Below, one piece after another: positions 50,694-59,572 of a stretch of DNA of 63,491 nucleotides (positions are counted from its first letter, which is position 1; every line of letters begins with the position of its first letter). The position numbers and the translations under genes are program-made. Origin of the DNA: Patescibacteria group bacterium. Its GTDB lineage: Bacteria > Patescibacteriota > UBA1384 > JBBRAU01. The stretch covers positions 1 through 63,491 of the forward strand of contig JBBRAU010000004.1 of NCBI GenBank assembly GCA_038206475.1. The letters run 5' to 3'. The notes under the pieces were generated by a model. It ran no database searches. It saw only the letters and a list, made by a program, of their open reading frames with translations, and was not told where the DNA came from.

Positions 50694-51789
50694 GACCGGC
50701 CTGCTTACTGATGCTCAGCAGAATGCCCACTGCCAACAGATTCATAAGCAAACTGGAGCCACCGTAGCTCATAAACGGCAGCGGTACGCCCGTCAGCGGT
50801 ACCAGCTGCAGCATAGCCGCAATATTTAAGATAGCTTGACCAATCAACCAAACGGTGAGGCCGGCCGCCAACAACTGGCCAAAACGGTCCGGCGCCCGGG
50901 CGGCAATAGCGTAACCGCGCCAGGCGATAATTGCGTAAAGCATAAGCGGCAGCAGTGAGCGGATATAGCCGAGTTCCTCAACCGTGACAGCAAAAATCGA
51001 GTCCGTTTGCGGCTCCGGTAGGTAGCCGGTTTTTTGGATGCTGTGCCCAAAACCACGGCCGAACAGCCCGCCCGAGCCAATCGCAATCAAGGCTTGTTGG
51101 TTGTGGTAGCCAGTATTTTGGACATCCGCCATCGGATTTAAGAAGGCTTTGAGGCGGTTGACGCGATACGGCTCAACAATGATCAACAGTGACACCAAAG
51201 CCACCATGACCGATAGGCCAAGGCCAAGTTGCCAAACTTTGGCGCCGGCGGCATAAAAGATGGCAAAGCTAATCAATACCACAATCAGCAGCGTGCCGAG
51301 GTCGGGTTGGCGCATGATAAACAGGCCAATCAGCGCCAGCGTGCCGGCAAACGGCACCACCGTGCGCTGCCAGGCGGTCATTTCACCGCGGCGGTTGGTA
51401 AACAGAGCGGCCAAGTAGCAGGTGAAGCCTAATTTCAGCACCTCGGTTGGTTGTAAGTTAAAAATGCGTAGATCGTACCAACGGTAAGCGCCATTAATCG
51501 GCCGCACCAAGTGCAGCGCTAACGGCAACAGCAGCAGCATCGAGGCGGCGAACAGCCACACACCCCACCTACGCCAGTTGTGGTAATCAACCATGGCGGC
51601 GACGAGCCACAACAAACTGCCTGCTAGCAGAAACAGCAGTTGGCGGCTTAAGAAGTAAGTACTTTTGCCGGACAGATTGATCGCCGCTGAAATGCCGGCC
51701 GAGTAGACCATGGCCAGCCCAAACAACACTAGAATGAAGACCGCTAAACTCAACCAGAGGTCGGCCCTCGGCCGTAGGCGCTCCATCAT
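50686..51789 (-). CDS. ftsW: SEDS-family peptidoglycan polymerase FtsW
   Basis: Ten-TM SEDS protein (PTEVLKL, GSGGLFGRGFG, ...PFMSYGGSS). dcw position. Confidence 0.9.
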   Translation of the reverse strand: MMERLRPRADLWLSLAVFILVLFGLAMVYSAGISAAINLSGKSTYFLSRQLLFLLAGSLLWLVAAMVDYHNWRRWGVWLFAASMLLLLPLALHLVRPINGAYRWYDLRIFNLQPTEVLKLGFTCYLAALFTNRRGEMTAWQRTVVPFAGTLALIGLFIMRQPDLGTLLIVVLISFAIFYAAGAKVWQLGLGLSVMVALVSLLIIVEPYRVNRLKAFLNPMADVQNTGYHNQQALIAIGSGGLFGRGFGHSIQKTGYLPEPQTDSIFAVTVEELGYIRSLLPLMLYAIIAWRGYAIAARAPDRFGQLLAAGLTVWLIGQAILNIAAMLQLVPLTGVPLPFMSYGGSSLLMNLLAVGILLSISKQAGRD

Positions 51790-53177
51790 TGACTGCCGCC
51801 ATTTTTGGCTAGTGCGGCAAATCGCTCACCGCGGTCGGCTGCTGACCGAAATTGATCGAAGCTGGCGCAGGCGGGCGACATCAACACAACGTCTCCAGGC
51901 ACAGCCAGCCGCTCAGTGGCGGCCATCGCCCGCTCCAGCGTACCGCACAACTCAAAGCAATTGCCGAGCCCCTGCAGCGCCAAAGCGGCACCAATACGCT
52001 CGGCCTCTTGGCCAATGCCAAAAATGCGTTTGGGTCTGACTTGGCGCAGCGCCTCGGCCAGCGGGGAAAAATCGGCGCCTTTGGAGGAGCCACCGACAAT
52101 CATCAGTAGTGGCTGCCCGATAGCCTGAGCGGCAGCAATTGCTGTCGCCGGATTAGTGCCGTAGGAATCGTCAATATAGCGCACACCATGGTGCTCAGCG
52201 ACGGTCTCGAGGCGATGCGGCAGTGGCTGAAAACTCTTGAGGGATGCTGCCACTTGTCGGGCCGGTAAGCCACATTGTAAGGCAACGCCGACGGCGGCAG
52301 CAATATTGGTCCAGTTGTGCCGGCCAAGAAGAGGTGAATCGGCCTCATCAGCCAGGTGAACAATGCGTTTGCCGTGCATCAATCGTAGCTCATGGTAGTA
52401 GAAACAGACCGAACCGGGCCCAAGTTGATGTTGGCCAGAGGTCAGCATCAGACGGCCGCGTACGCGACGGGTGTAGCGGCGCCATGATGGTCCGTCGGCA
52501 GAGATGACAGCTATATCAGATAGGCGCTGGTGCCGCAAAATGTGTTCTTTGGCCAGACGGTAGGCGTCCAGATTAAGATGAAAGTTAGGGCTCTCTGGCG
52601 ACAACGGGGCTAGATGGTCCGCTGATACCGGCAGCACGACGGCGATTCTAGGCGATGTCTCCATATCCTCTAACTGAAAACTGGACAGCTCCAGCACCAC
52701 AAAGTCACCGGTAGTAGCCTCGGTTTGGTTAAAAATGGCGGTGCCGATATTACCGGCCAGCTGGACGCGGCGGCCGGCCTGTCGTAAAAAGTGCACGATT
52801 AAACTGCTGGTGGTGCCTTTGCCCTTGGTGCCGGTGACACCGATAGTCGTCGCTTGCGTGCGCAGCAAAAATAGCTCCAGCGGCGTCATAACCAGACTGC
52901 CGCGGCGACGAGCAAATATCAGCGCCCGCGTGCGTGTCGAGACGCCCGGTGTACGGAAAATGAGCTGGTACGGCTTGAGGTTATGCAGATACTCTGGACC
53001 ACCAAGGTAATTCACCCCTTCGGGCAATGCGCTGGGCAAAGTTATCTCGGTCCGCTGGTCGAGTACCGTGACCGCGGCGCCTTCAGCCAGCAGCACCGGG
53101 AGCAGATGACGGTTTTCTTGGCCAAAGCCAAGGAGCGCCACCGCCACGGCGCGGAGACTGCCGTGGCGGCGAAGCAT
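51786..53177 (-). CDS. murD: UDP-N-acetylmuramoylalanine--D-glutamate ligase
   Basis: Mur ligase with P-loop GVTGTKGKGTT and an N-terminal Rossmann-like LLGFGQENR...VTVLD. Start set to the ATG at 53177. The track ORF reaches 53231, inside mraY. Confidence 0.85.
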   Translation of the reverse strand: MLRRHGSLRAVAVALLGFGQENRHLLPVLLAEGAAVTVLDQRTEITLPSALPEGVNYLGGPEYLHNLKPYQLIFRTPGVSTRTRALIFARRRGSLVMTPLELFLLRTQATTIGVTGTKGKGTTSSLIVHFLRQAGRRVQLAGNIGTAIFNQTEATTGDFVVLELSSFQLEDMETSPRIAVVLPVSADHLAPLSPESPNFHLNLDAYRLAKEHILRHQRLSDIAVISADGPSWRRYTRRVRGRLMLTSGQHQLGPGSVCFYYHELRLMHGKRIVHLADEADSPLLGRHNWTNIAAAVGVALQCGLPARQVAASLKSFQPLPHRLETVAEHHGVRYIDDSYGTNPATAIAAAQAIGQPLLMIVGGSSKGADFSPLAEALRQVRPKRIFGIGQEAERIGAALALQGLGNCFELCGTLERAMAATERLAVPGDVVLMSPACASFDQFRSAADRGERFAALAKNGGSQ

Positions 53178-53202
53178 GTTCCGGGTCAGTCCTGCGGGCA
53201 CG

Positions 53203-54231
53203 CTAGCCTCGGTGCAGAATTGCCAGGCCAACTGCCATTAAAGTGGCCACGGCTCCAATAATCCAGGCGCGCATCGTCACTTTGGTCTCCGGCCAACCAA
53301 TCGCCTCAAAATGGTGATGAATGGGAGCGGACAGAAAAATTTTACGCTTCAAGAGCCGCTTTGAGCCAAGCTGCAGCACCACCGAGGCGGCCTCTATCCA
53401 GAAAACTAGGCCCAGGACAGGCAAAATAGCGACTGTGTTAGTTAGCAAACAGAGTACGCCAAGCGCCGTACCGAGCGCCATGGCGCCGGTGCCGCCCATA
53501 AAGAAGCGGGCCGGGTAAATATTAAACCAGAGAAAGGCCAGCAGTGAGCCAAGCACGGTGCCGGCAAAGGCAGCCAGGCCGTATTGGCCTTGCAGGTAAG
53601 CGATGACGACCAGTCCCAAAAAGGCTAAGCCCAGAAGACCAGCAGCCAGGCCGTCTAGCCCGTCGGTAATATCAACGGCAAAGGCGGTAGCCATGACGGC
53701 GACGAAGAAGACAACAGCGACGGCCGGACCAATAACAGCGCCGCCGGTGAAGGGGATGTTAACCGCGCGATGCAGCCAGTCCAACTTGACAGTGAAGTAG
53801 TAAGCCAGTCCGGCGGCGATGACGGTGTAGATGAGCAGCCGCTCACGGAAGCGCATGCCGCCGCGGTGCGGACCAATGCCAAAGATATTCATCAGGTCAT
53901 CGATTACCCCTAGTCCGCCGGCGAGCAGCATCGCAACGAGCGGCAAGAGCGTCGTCTGTTTGTGCAAATTAAACAAGATAGTCAAGATGGCCGTCGTACC
54001 CCAAACTAACACTCCACCCATCGTCGGCGTCGCCTCTTTACCCTTGTGCAGCTTGTTAAAGTAGGTGGCCTTCTCTCCGCTGTGAGCGGTGTCACGAATT
54101 TTCTTGCCCAGCTTAAAGCGGTAGAGCACGTCTGTCCAAACCGGCGTGATCAGCATCGCCACCGCAAAAGCCATCACCGCCAACCAAAAAATACGCGCCA
54201 GCGCAACCGGATCAAGGGTGATTGTTTCCAT
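53203..54231 (-). CDS. mraY: phospho-N-acetylmuramoyl-pentapeptide transferase
   Basis: Polytopic membrane protein with MraY motifs (PTMGG, DDxxN-like IDDLMNIFG, HHHFE). Confidence 0.92.
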   Translation of the reverse strand: METITLDPVALARIFWLAVMAFAVAMLITPVWTDVLYRFKLGKKIRDTAHSGEKATYFNKLHKGKEATPTMGGVLVWGTTAILTILFNLHKQTTLLPLVAMLLAGGLGVIDDLMNIFGIGPHRGGMRFRERLLIYTVIAAGLAYYFTVKLDWLHRAVNIPFTGGAVIGPAVAVVFFVAVMATAFAVDITDGLDGLAAGLLGLAFLGLVVIAYLQGQYGLAAFAGTVLGSLLAFLWFNIYPARFFMGGTGAMALGTALGVLCLLTNTVAILPVLGLVFWIEAASVVLQLGSKRLLKRKIFLSAPIHHHFEAIGWPETKVTMRAWIIGAVATLMAVGLAILHRG

Positions 54232-54273
54232 GACCTTACTGTACCCGAATAGCCTGCCCCGCGGCCAGCCGTA

Positions 54274-55572
54274 TCATGGCCTATCCCAAGCTCGTCCTTG
54301 ACGTGTGAGCAGCCGTGCCGCATCAGCCGGGTTTTTCATCAACACCTTAACCAAGCGCTCGAGACGCATACCGTTCTGTGAGGCTTTGACGAGCACGGTG
54401 TCTTTGGCCTTCAGCAGCCGCGGTAGCTCAAGAATGGCCTCTTCTGGCGTGGCGAAGTGGCGGTGTTTGCCGGCCGAAAAGCCGTGCTCAATGGCCGCTT
54501 CGGCAATCCACTGGCCGCGCTCACCAATCGTAATCAGCGAATCGGGCTTCATTTCGGCAACTGCCTGGCCAACTTCAGCGTGGCCAGCCTTGGCATAAGC
54601 GCCCAGTTCATTCATATTGCCCAGCACAGCAACGCGACGGCCGGTCGCTGGCAAGGTGACTAAGCTGTCCAACGCCGCCACCATGCTGCCCGGACTAGCG
54701 TTGTAGCTATCATCCAAAAGTGTCATCTGCCGCTTGCCGCTGATCCGCTGCAATCGTCCGGGCGTGCCGGGGAAGCGGGCCAGCCGCTCGGCAATCGCCT
54801 CGGCAGACACGCCTAACTCCCGGGCCACAACAATGCTGGCCAAAATAGCCGGCACAAACTGGCGGCCCAGCAGCGGCACCTGGATGGGCAGCAGGCTGCG
54901 GCGATCGGGCAGACGAATAGACAATGCGAGACCGGCAGCGGCTAAGTTAACTTTCTTAGCCTGGACCAGAGCCTCGCGGCCGCTACCAAATGTCACAGTC
55001 CGCGCTGGCGTTTTGGCACAGCTGCGGCGCACTAATGCGACATCCGCATTTATAACGGCCAGGCCATCCTTCGGCAGTGCCAGCAGTAGTTCAGCTTTTT
55101 CCTTGGCCACTTCCTCCGGCGTGGCAAACTGGCCATGCTCAGCGTCCATGTGCGCCGGTATCGGCAAAACGGTAACGAAAACAGCTACCCTTGGTCGAGC
55201 AATTTTGAGCAGCGCTGCCATATCGCCAGGCGCGTCAACACCGTATTCCAGTACCAAGCAGTCAACCGCCGGCTCGGTGTATGCCCGCAACCAGGCACTA
55301 AACGGCAGGTTCAGCCAGCCCAGCAAACTGTCAGGGTGCGGCAACCCAAGCACCGTCAAAGCCAGACCAAGCGGGGTATTCAGACTCTTTTTGGTCACCC
55401 GTAACCGCTTGTCTGGTGCAACTAGGCAAGCAATGAGCTCTTTCGTGGTTGTTTTACCGGCTGAACCGGTGATGCCTATAATTTCTGGCCGCGTTCGCCG
55501 CAAATAAATACGAGCCGCAGCCGCTAATTCTTGCTCGAGCCAGGTCAGTATTTTTTGGCGCATAGCACTCAT
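54274..55572 (-). CDS. murF: UDP-N-acetylmuramoyl-tripeptide--D-alanyl-D-alanine ligase
   Basis: Mur ligase with P-loop GITGSAGKTTT, length and position upstream of mraY. 4-nt overlap with ftsI. Confidence 0.85.
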   Translation of the reverse strand: MSAMRQKILTWLEQELAAAARIYLRRTRPEIIGITGSAGKTTTKELIACLVAPDKRLRVTKKSLNTPLGLALTVLGLPHPDSLLGWLNLPFSAWLRAYTEPAVDCLVLEYGVDAPGDMAALLKIARPRVAVFVTVLPIPAHMDAEHGQFATPEEVAKEKAELLLALPKDGLAVINADVALVRRSCAKTPARTVTFGSGREALVQAKKVNLAAAGLALSIRLPDRRSLLPIQVPLLGRQFVPAILASIVVARELGVSAEAIAERLARFPGTPGRLQRISGKRQMTLLDDSYNASPGSMVAALDSLVTLPATGRRVAVLGNMNELGAYAKAGHAEVGQAVAEMKPDSLITIGERGQWIAEAAIEHGFSAGKHRHFATPEEAILELPRLLKAKDTVLVKASQNGMRLERLVKVLMKNPADAARLLTRQGRAWDRP

Positions 55573-57374
55573 TTTATTTTATCAGGCGCGACCCGATAAT
55601 AGGACAACAGGAAGGCGGCAATTTCAGAGAAGGTGGGCGCGGCCGAGCTCTCGGCAAACTCAACCGTTTTTGGCCGGTCAAGCTTAACAATGATGGCGTA
55701 TTGCGGATCAGAGATCGGCACGAGGCCGGCGAAGGAGCCCACGTGGTCGTTCGGATCATATCCGCCGTCAGCTGACGGAATTTGGGCGGTACCGGTTTTC
55801 CCGCCAACGCGGTAACCGGCCACAGCGGCTTTTTTGCCGTGACCGAACAGCACAACGTTTTCCAAGTACTGCGTTACGGTGGCAGACGCATCATCGGAGA
55901 CTACTTGGCGCACGGTTTGCGGCACGGCCGCCGTCCGTTTACCGTCAGCGCCAATCGTCGCGCCAACTAAGTACGGCTTCATCAGTTTGCCGTGATTGCC
56001 AATGGCCGCATAAGCCATGACAATCTGCAGCGGTGTGACGGTTATGCCTTGGCCAAAGGAGACGGTCGCCCGCCGAATATCACTCCAGGGATTTTTCGGC
56101 AGATCACCGGCAATCTCGCCGGTGACGTCAATGCCGCTTTTTTGGCCAAGGCCAAATTTATCTAGCTCAGCGCGCATACGGTCGTTGCCGAGATGATTGG
56201 CAATGTCCACCATAGCCACGTTATCTGAATGCTCAAGAATTTGTGAGAGCGTCTCTTTGCCGAAGGCAATGTTGGTGGCGGTATGAATTTCTCGGCTCTG
56301 AATGGTGACCGATGAGCCATAGACACCGGTAAAATCTTTTGGTACTGCGCCGGTATCAAGTGCGCCAGCAATCACCAACGGCTTCATTATTGAGCCTGGC
56401 TCCCACGGCGCGCTAACCGACTGATTGCGGTAGGCCTGTGTCTGGCTGGCCGGCACTTTACTGAACTCGTTTAGGTCAAAGCTTGGCTCCTGAGCCATAG
56501 CAACAATGGCTCCCGTTTTTACCTCAACGACAACTGCCTCGCCAGCGACGGCCTGGAACTTATCAATGGCCTGGCGCAATTTATCTTCAACCACAAATTC
56601 AATATTGCGGTCGATAGTTAACTCGTAACTACGACCGTCCTGCGGCGGCTCAGCATGGGCGATCGAGACAAAACCGCCGCCTTTGGCCACCAATCCAACT
56701 TGCTTACCGGCCTGGCCGGTTAGCTCATTATCGTAGGTTGCCTCAATACCATAACCGCGTCTCTCGCTGTTTAAGAAACCGATCACTTGGGCGGCTAAAT
56801 TTTTCTCCGGGTAGACACGTTTTGGCTCCCGGACAAAGGTTAAACCGGCCAATTTTTTGGCTTCCAAACTATTTTTTTGCCCTTCCGCTACATCGTGCTG
56901 TAGTGGCGGCAGATACCACTTGCTCGTAGCACGTGCAAAAGCGGCTTCGGTAGTTGCAACCTCTAAACCGACTGTATCGTGCAAGGCGACCGCCACAGCG
57001 TGAATATCTTTGACCTGCACCGGAATAACACTGACTGCATAGGCATCGCGGTTTTCGGCCACAGTAAAGGTCGCTTTTTTGTCCGGGCTGTCAAGCAGCT
57101 GAATCTCGCCGCGGGTCGCCACCACCTCGCTCTGCCCGGTCTGTTGCCCGTCAGCTAAGGCTAAAAAGGCCTGGTGATCGGCAATGGCCGTCTTGGCTAA
57201 GCGCAGCCCCAAGAGCAGTATAATGAGCACCGACAGTCCGGTCATGAGCTGAAACCGGCTGGCGCTGCTGCCTTGGTCATGGCCATTGACCGGAGAGGTG
57301 CGGCCAGGCTGACGTCGAACATAGAGCCGTCTCCGCTCTCTTTGTCCGCCGCGCCTGAACCGGTAAGCTGGCAT
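55569..57374 (-). CDS. ftsI: class B penicillin-binding protein (FtsI/PBP2-type transpeptidase)
   Basis: N-terminal TM and PBP dimerisation domain. Transpeptidase motifs GSIMKP (SxxK), HSDN (SxN) and KTGTA (KTG). Confidence 0.88.
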   Translation of the reverse strand: MPAYRFRRGGQRERRRLYVRRQPGRTSPVNGHDQGSSASRFQLMTGLSVLIILLLGLRLAKTAIADHQAFLALADGQQTGQSEVVATRGEIQLLDSPDKKATFTVAENRDAYAVSVIPVQVKDIHAVAVALHDTVGLEVATTEAAFARATSKWYLPPLQHDVAEGQKNSLEAKKLAGLTFVREPKRVYPEKNLAAQVIGFLNSERRGYGIEATYDNELTGQAGKQVGLVAKGGGFVSIAHAEPPQDGRSYELTIDRNIEFVVEDKLRQAIDKFQAVAGEAVVVEVKTGAIVAMAQEPSFDLNEFSKVPASQTQAYRNQSVSAPWEPGSIMKPLVIAGALDTGAVPKDFTGVYGSSVTIQSREIHTATNIAFGKETLSQILEHSDNVAMVDIANHLGNDRMRAELDKFGLGQKSGIDVTGEIAGDLPKNPWSDIRRATVSFGQGITVTPLQIVMAYAAIGNHGKLMKPYLVGATIGADGKRTAAVPQTVRQVVSDDASATVTQYLENVVLFGHGKKAAVAGYRVGGKTGTAQIPSADGGYDPNDHVGSFAGLVPISDPQYAIIVKLDRPKTVEFAESSAAPTFSEIAAFLLSYYRVAPDKIK

Positions 57375-57379
57375 GTCGC

Positions 57380-57790
57380 TCAGCGGTTGGCCAGAAACCC
57401 TCCGCTTACGCCCACAACTAAATCTGGCCTGGTTACCGGCTGCAGATTAAATTTGTCGCGGCTGGCTTCAATGTTTTGCAACGATTGGGCCGATGCTTTC
57501 TCTGTTTCTAACTCACGCGTTTGGCGCTGCAGACTATCTAACTGCGCATTCAAGGCCGATAGCGCTTTGGTTTGTCCGGCACCGCTGGCGGCTTGATGCA
57601 GATAGAACAGGCTGGCCAGGCCAAGCAGGGCTACCAGCAGAAACCGGCCAGTCACGCGACCAATGCGTACGCCAAACTGGCGCTGTTCGGTGCGCGTACT
57701 AATGGCGCCAGTTTGGTTACTGATCGTGCCCATACCGGCATAAACGAAGCTTTTTACTCGCTGCGGCTCGTAATTCGTTAGACGTGCCAT
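57380..57790 (-). CDS. ftsL: FtsL-like cell division protein
   Basis: 136 aa with a single TM (FLLVALLGLASLFYL) followed by a coiled-coil (LNAQLDSLQRQTRELETEKA). Lies between rsmH and ftsI. Confidence 0.55.
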   Translation of the reverse strand: MARLTNYEPQRVKSFVYAGMGTISNQTGAISTRTEQRQFGVRIGRVTGRFLLVALLGLASLFYLHQAASGAGQTKALSALNAQLDSLQRQTRELETEKASAQSLQNIEASRDKFNLQPVTRPDLVVGVSGGFLANR

Positions 57791-57814
57791 GATGCTCCTT
57801 TTTTTCAGTTTTCG

Positions 57815-58732
57815 TTATAATGCGAGTTTCTCGACAACCCGCAGACGAGCGCTGCGCGAGCGGGGATTTGCCAACTGCTCCTGGCGGCTGGCTTGGACGG
57901 CGCTTTTGGTAATCAGGCGAAATTCGGCTTTGCCAGGGCAGGTGCAAACTGGTTGCTCAGGCGGGCAAATGCAGCGCCGGCTCCAGTCGCGGAACGTCTG
58001 TTTGACTAAGCGGTCTTCGCCGGAGTGAAAGCTGATCACGGCCAGACGACCGTGCGGCGTGAGGCACGTTTTGACCGCCGTCAGTGCCTCAGTCAGGGCG
58101 GCAATTTCGTCATTGACGGCCATCCGCAGCGCTTGAAAAGTCTGGGTAGCCGGGTGATGGTGGCGGAAACCGCGACCTTTGACCGAGCGCACCACTTCAA
58201 CCAACTGGTCAGTGGTTGTCGGCAATTCTGCCTTCATGGCTTTGGCCAACCGGCGGCTTTGCGGCTCTTCACCGTACCGCCAGAGGATATCGGCCAGCTC
58301 GGCCTCCGGTGTGGTTTGAATCAGGTGAGCCGCCGTTTGACCTCTCTCTGTACTGCCTTGCCGCATATCCAGCGGTTCAGCGTACTGAAAGGACAAACCC
58401 AGTCCACTTTTCTCTATCTGCCAACTGGCTAGACCCAGGTCTAAGAGCACGCGGTCAACGTGGCCGCCGAAATAGTCGTCAATCACCTGGCCAATCTGGC
58501 GAAAATTGCGCTGGAGTAGGGTAATGTCCGGCAGCGCCGCCAATGCCTCGGTGGCCGCCGCCAGCGAACGAGCATTGTGATCAAGAGCAATTAATTTGCC
58601 GCCGGGCTGAATGCCTTCGGCAATCCGCTTGGCATGGCCGGCTAGACCAACCGTCCCGTCAACTACCTGCAGTCCCGGCGAAAGCTGGAGCAGACGAATC
58701 GTCTCGTCCAGCAAAACCGGCGTGTGTTCCAC
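57815..58732 (-). CDS. rsmH: 16S rRNA (cytosine1402-N4)-methyltransferase
   Basis: MEHTPVLLDE..., SAM motif VDGTVGLAGH, DLGLAS, and ISFHSGEDR. Confidence 0.9.
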   Translation of the reverse strand: MEHTPVLLDETIRLLQLSPGLQVVDGTVGLAGHAKRIAEGIQPGGKLIALDHNARSLAAATEALAALPDITLLQRNFRQIGQVIDDYFGGHVDRVLLDLGLASWQIEKSGLGLSFQYAEPLDMRQGSTERGQTAAHLIQTTPEAELADILWRYGEEPQSRRLAKAMKAELPTTTDQLVEVVRSVKGRGFRHHHPATQTFQALRMAVNDEIAALTEALTAVKTCLTPHGRLAVISFHSGEDRLVKQTFRDWSRRCICPPEQPVCTCPGKAEFRLITKSAVQASRQEQLANPRSRSARLRVVEKLAL

Positions 58733-59179
58733 TTAAATACCAAGTTCGGAGAAGCGGTCGGCCAACTGCGCCGGATCTTCTGACCAGGGGAGTGTTTCAG
58801 CTTTCCAGCCCGCCTCCGACCACAGTTCCACTTTGTCACCAACGCCGGCCACAACAACCCCGGTTTTGATACCGGCGTAGTCACGCAAGTAGGCCGGCAG
58901 ATTAATACGGCCCTGGCGGTCCAGCTCAACTTCCATCGCACCCGACAGCATCAAACGCTGAAAGCCGCGCGAGGCGCGGTCAGTCATCGGCAAAGTTGAC
59001 AACTGGTCGGCGATGTTCTGCCAGGCCGTTTTGGTGTACAGCGCCAAACTTTGGTCTAAGCCGCGTGTGACAACGGCACCGTCCGAGAGTTGCAACCGAA
59101 ATTTGACCGGAATCATTAACCGGCCTTTATCATCCAATCGGTTTTGGTACTCGCCCAGAAACACCTTGCGTCCGTTCAA
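58733..59179 (-). CDS. mraZ: transcriptional regulator MraZ
   Basis: Duplicated SpoVT/AbrB-like domains with DDKGRLMIP and DRQGRINLP motifs. First gene of the dcw cluster. Confidence 0.9.
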   Translation of the reverse strand: MNGRKVFLGEYQNRLDDKGRLMIPVKFRLQLSDGAVVTRGLDQSLALYTKTAWQNIADQLSTLPMTDRASRGFQRLMLSGAMEVELDRQGRINLPAYLRDYAGIKTGVVVAGVGDKVELWSEAGWKAETLPWSEDPAQLADRFSELGI

Positions 59180-59418
59180 GCAAAGCTGATTTTTAGCCGC
59201 CGAGCCCGCGTTGGCTCCCCCACCACCTCAAGCAAACGACCAGTCAAATCAACCGGAGCTTGTGCCGCCGGCTGAACGTCAATAATCAGTGCCTGGCGCT
59301 TCGCAACTATCCCCCGCTTTGGTTTGCTCATACTTCCCTTTTCCGAGGTTGCGCCGATCGTTTATGCATCCTCCTCTGGCGCATAACCGACCGGCGCTCG
59401 CCTATTTCCCTGAGTTTT

Positions 59419-59455
59419 CCCCAACTTTTACCACTTGTCCCCATAGTAATCCCCA
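59419..59455 (-). promoter_or_regulatory. candidate MraZ operator: four direct (T/G)TGG(G/T) repeats at 9-12 nt spacing
   Basis: The minus strand reads TGGGGAttactaTGGGGAcaaGTGGTAaaagtTGGGGA, about 240-275 nt upstream of the mraZ ATG and downstream of an AT-rich stretch. Confidence 0.4.
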
Positions 59456-59531
59456 GGCCGAGAGTCGTCAAGAGAGCAGCTCCCACTTTGTGCTTCGTAT
59501 CGTAGCTTGAATAATGTAGTATTTATGGTAT

Positions 59532-59557
59532 CAAAAAGACCGCTCTGTAGCGGCCTT
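59532..59557 (-). terminator. intrinsic terminator of glyQS
   Basis: The minus strand reads AAGGCCGCT acag AGCGGTCTT followed by TTTTGAT, 16 nt after the stop at 59573. Confidence 0.6.
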
Positions 59558-59572
59558 ATATGACCAGAGGGG

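Noticed and set aside
54734-55507. Long ORFs antisense to conserved genes: 257 aa opposite murF, 21081..21626 and 20583..21080 opposite thyA, 19612..20154 opposite folA::HIT, 8420..8881 opposite pilT, and 5471..5959 opposite pilD.
   Set aside because: They lie entirely inside well-supported genes on the other strand. They have Arg/Ala/Pro/Ser-rich low-complexity translations typical of shadow frames in GC-rich coding DNA. They lack SD sequences.
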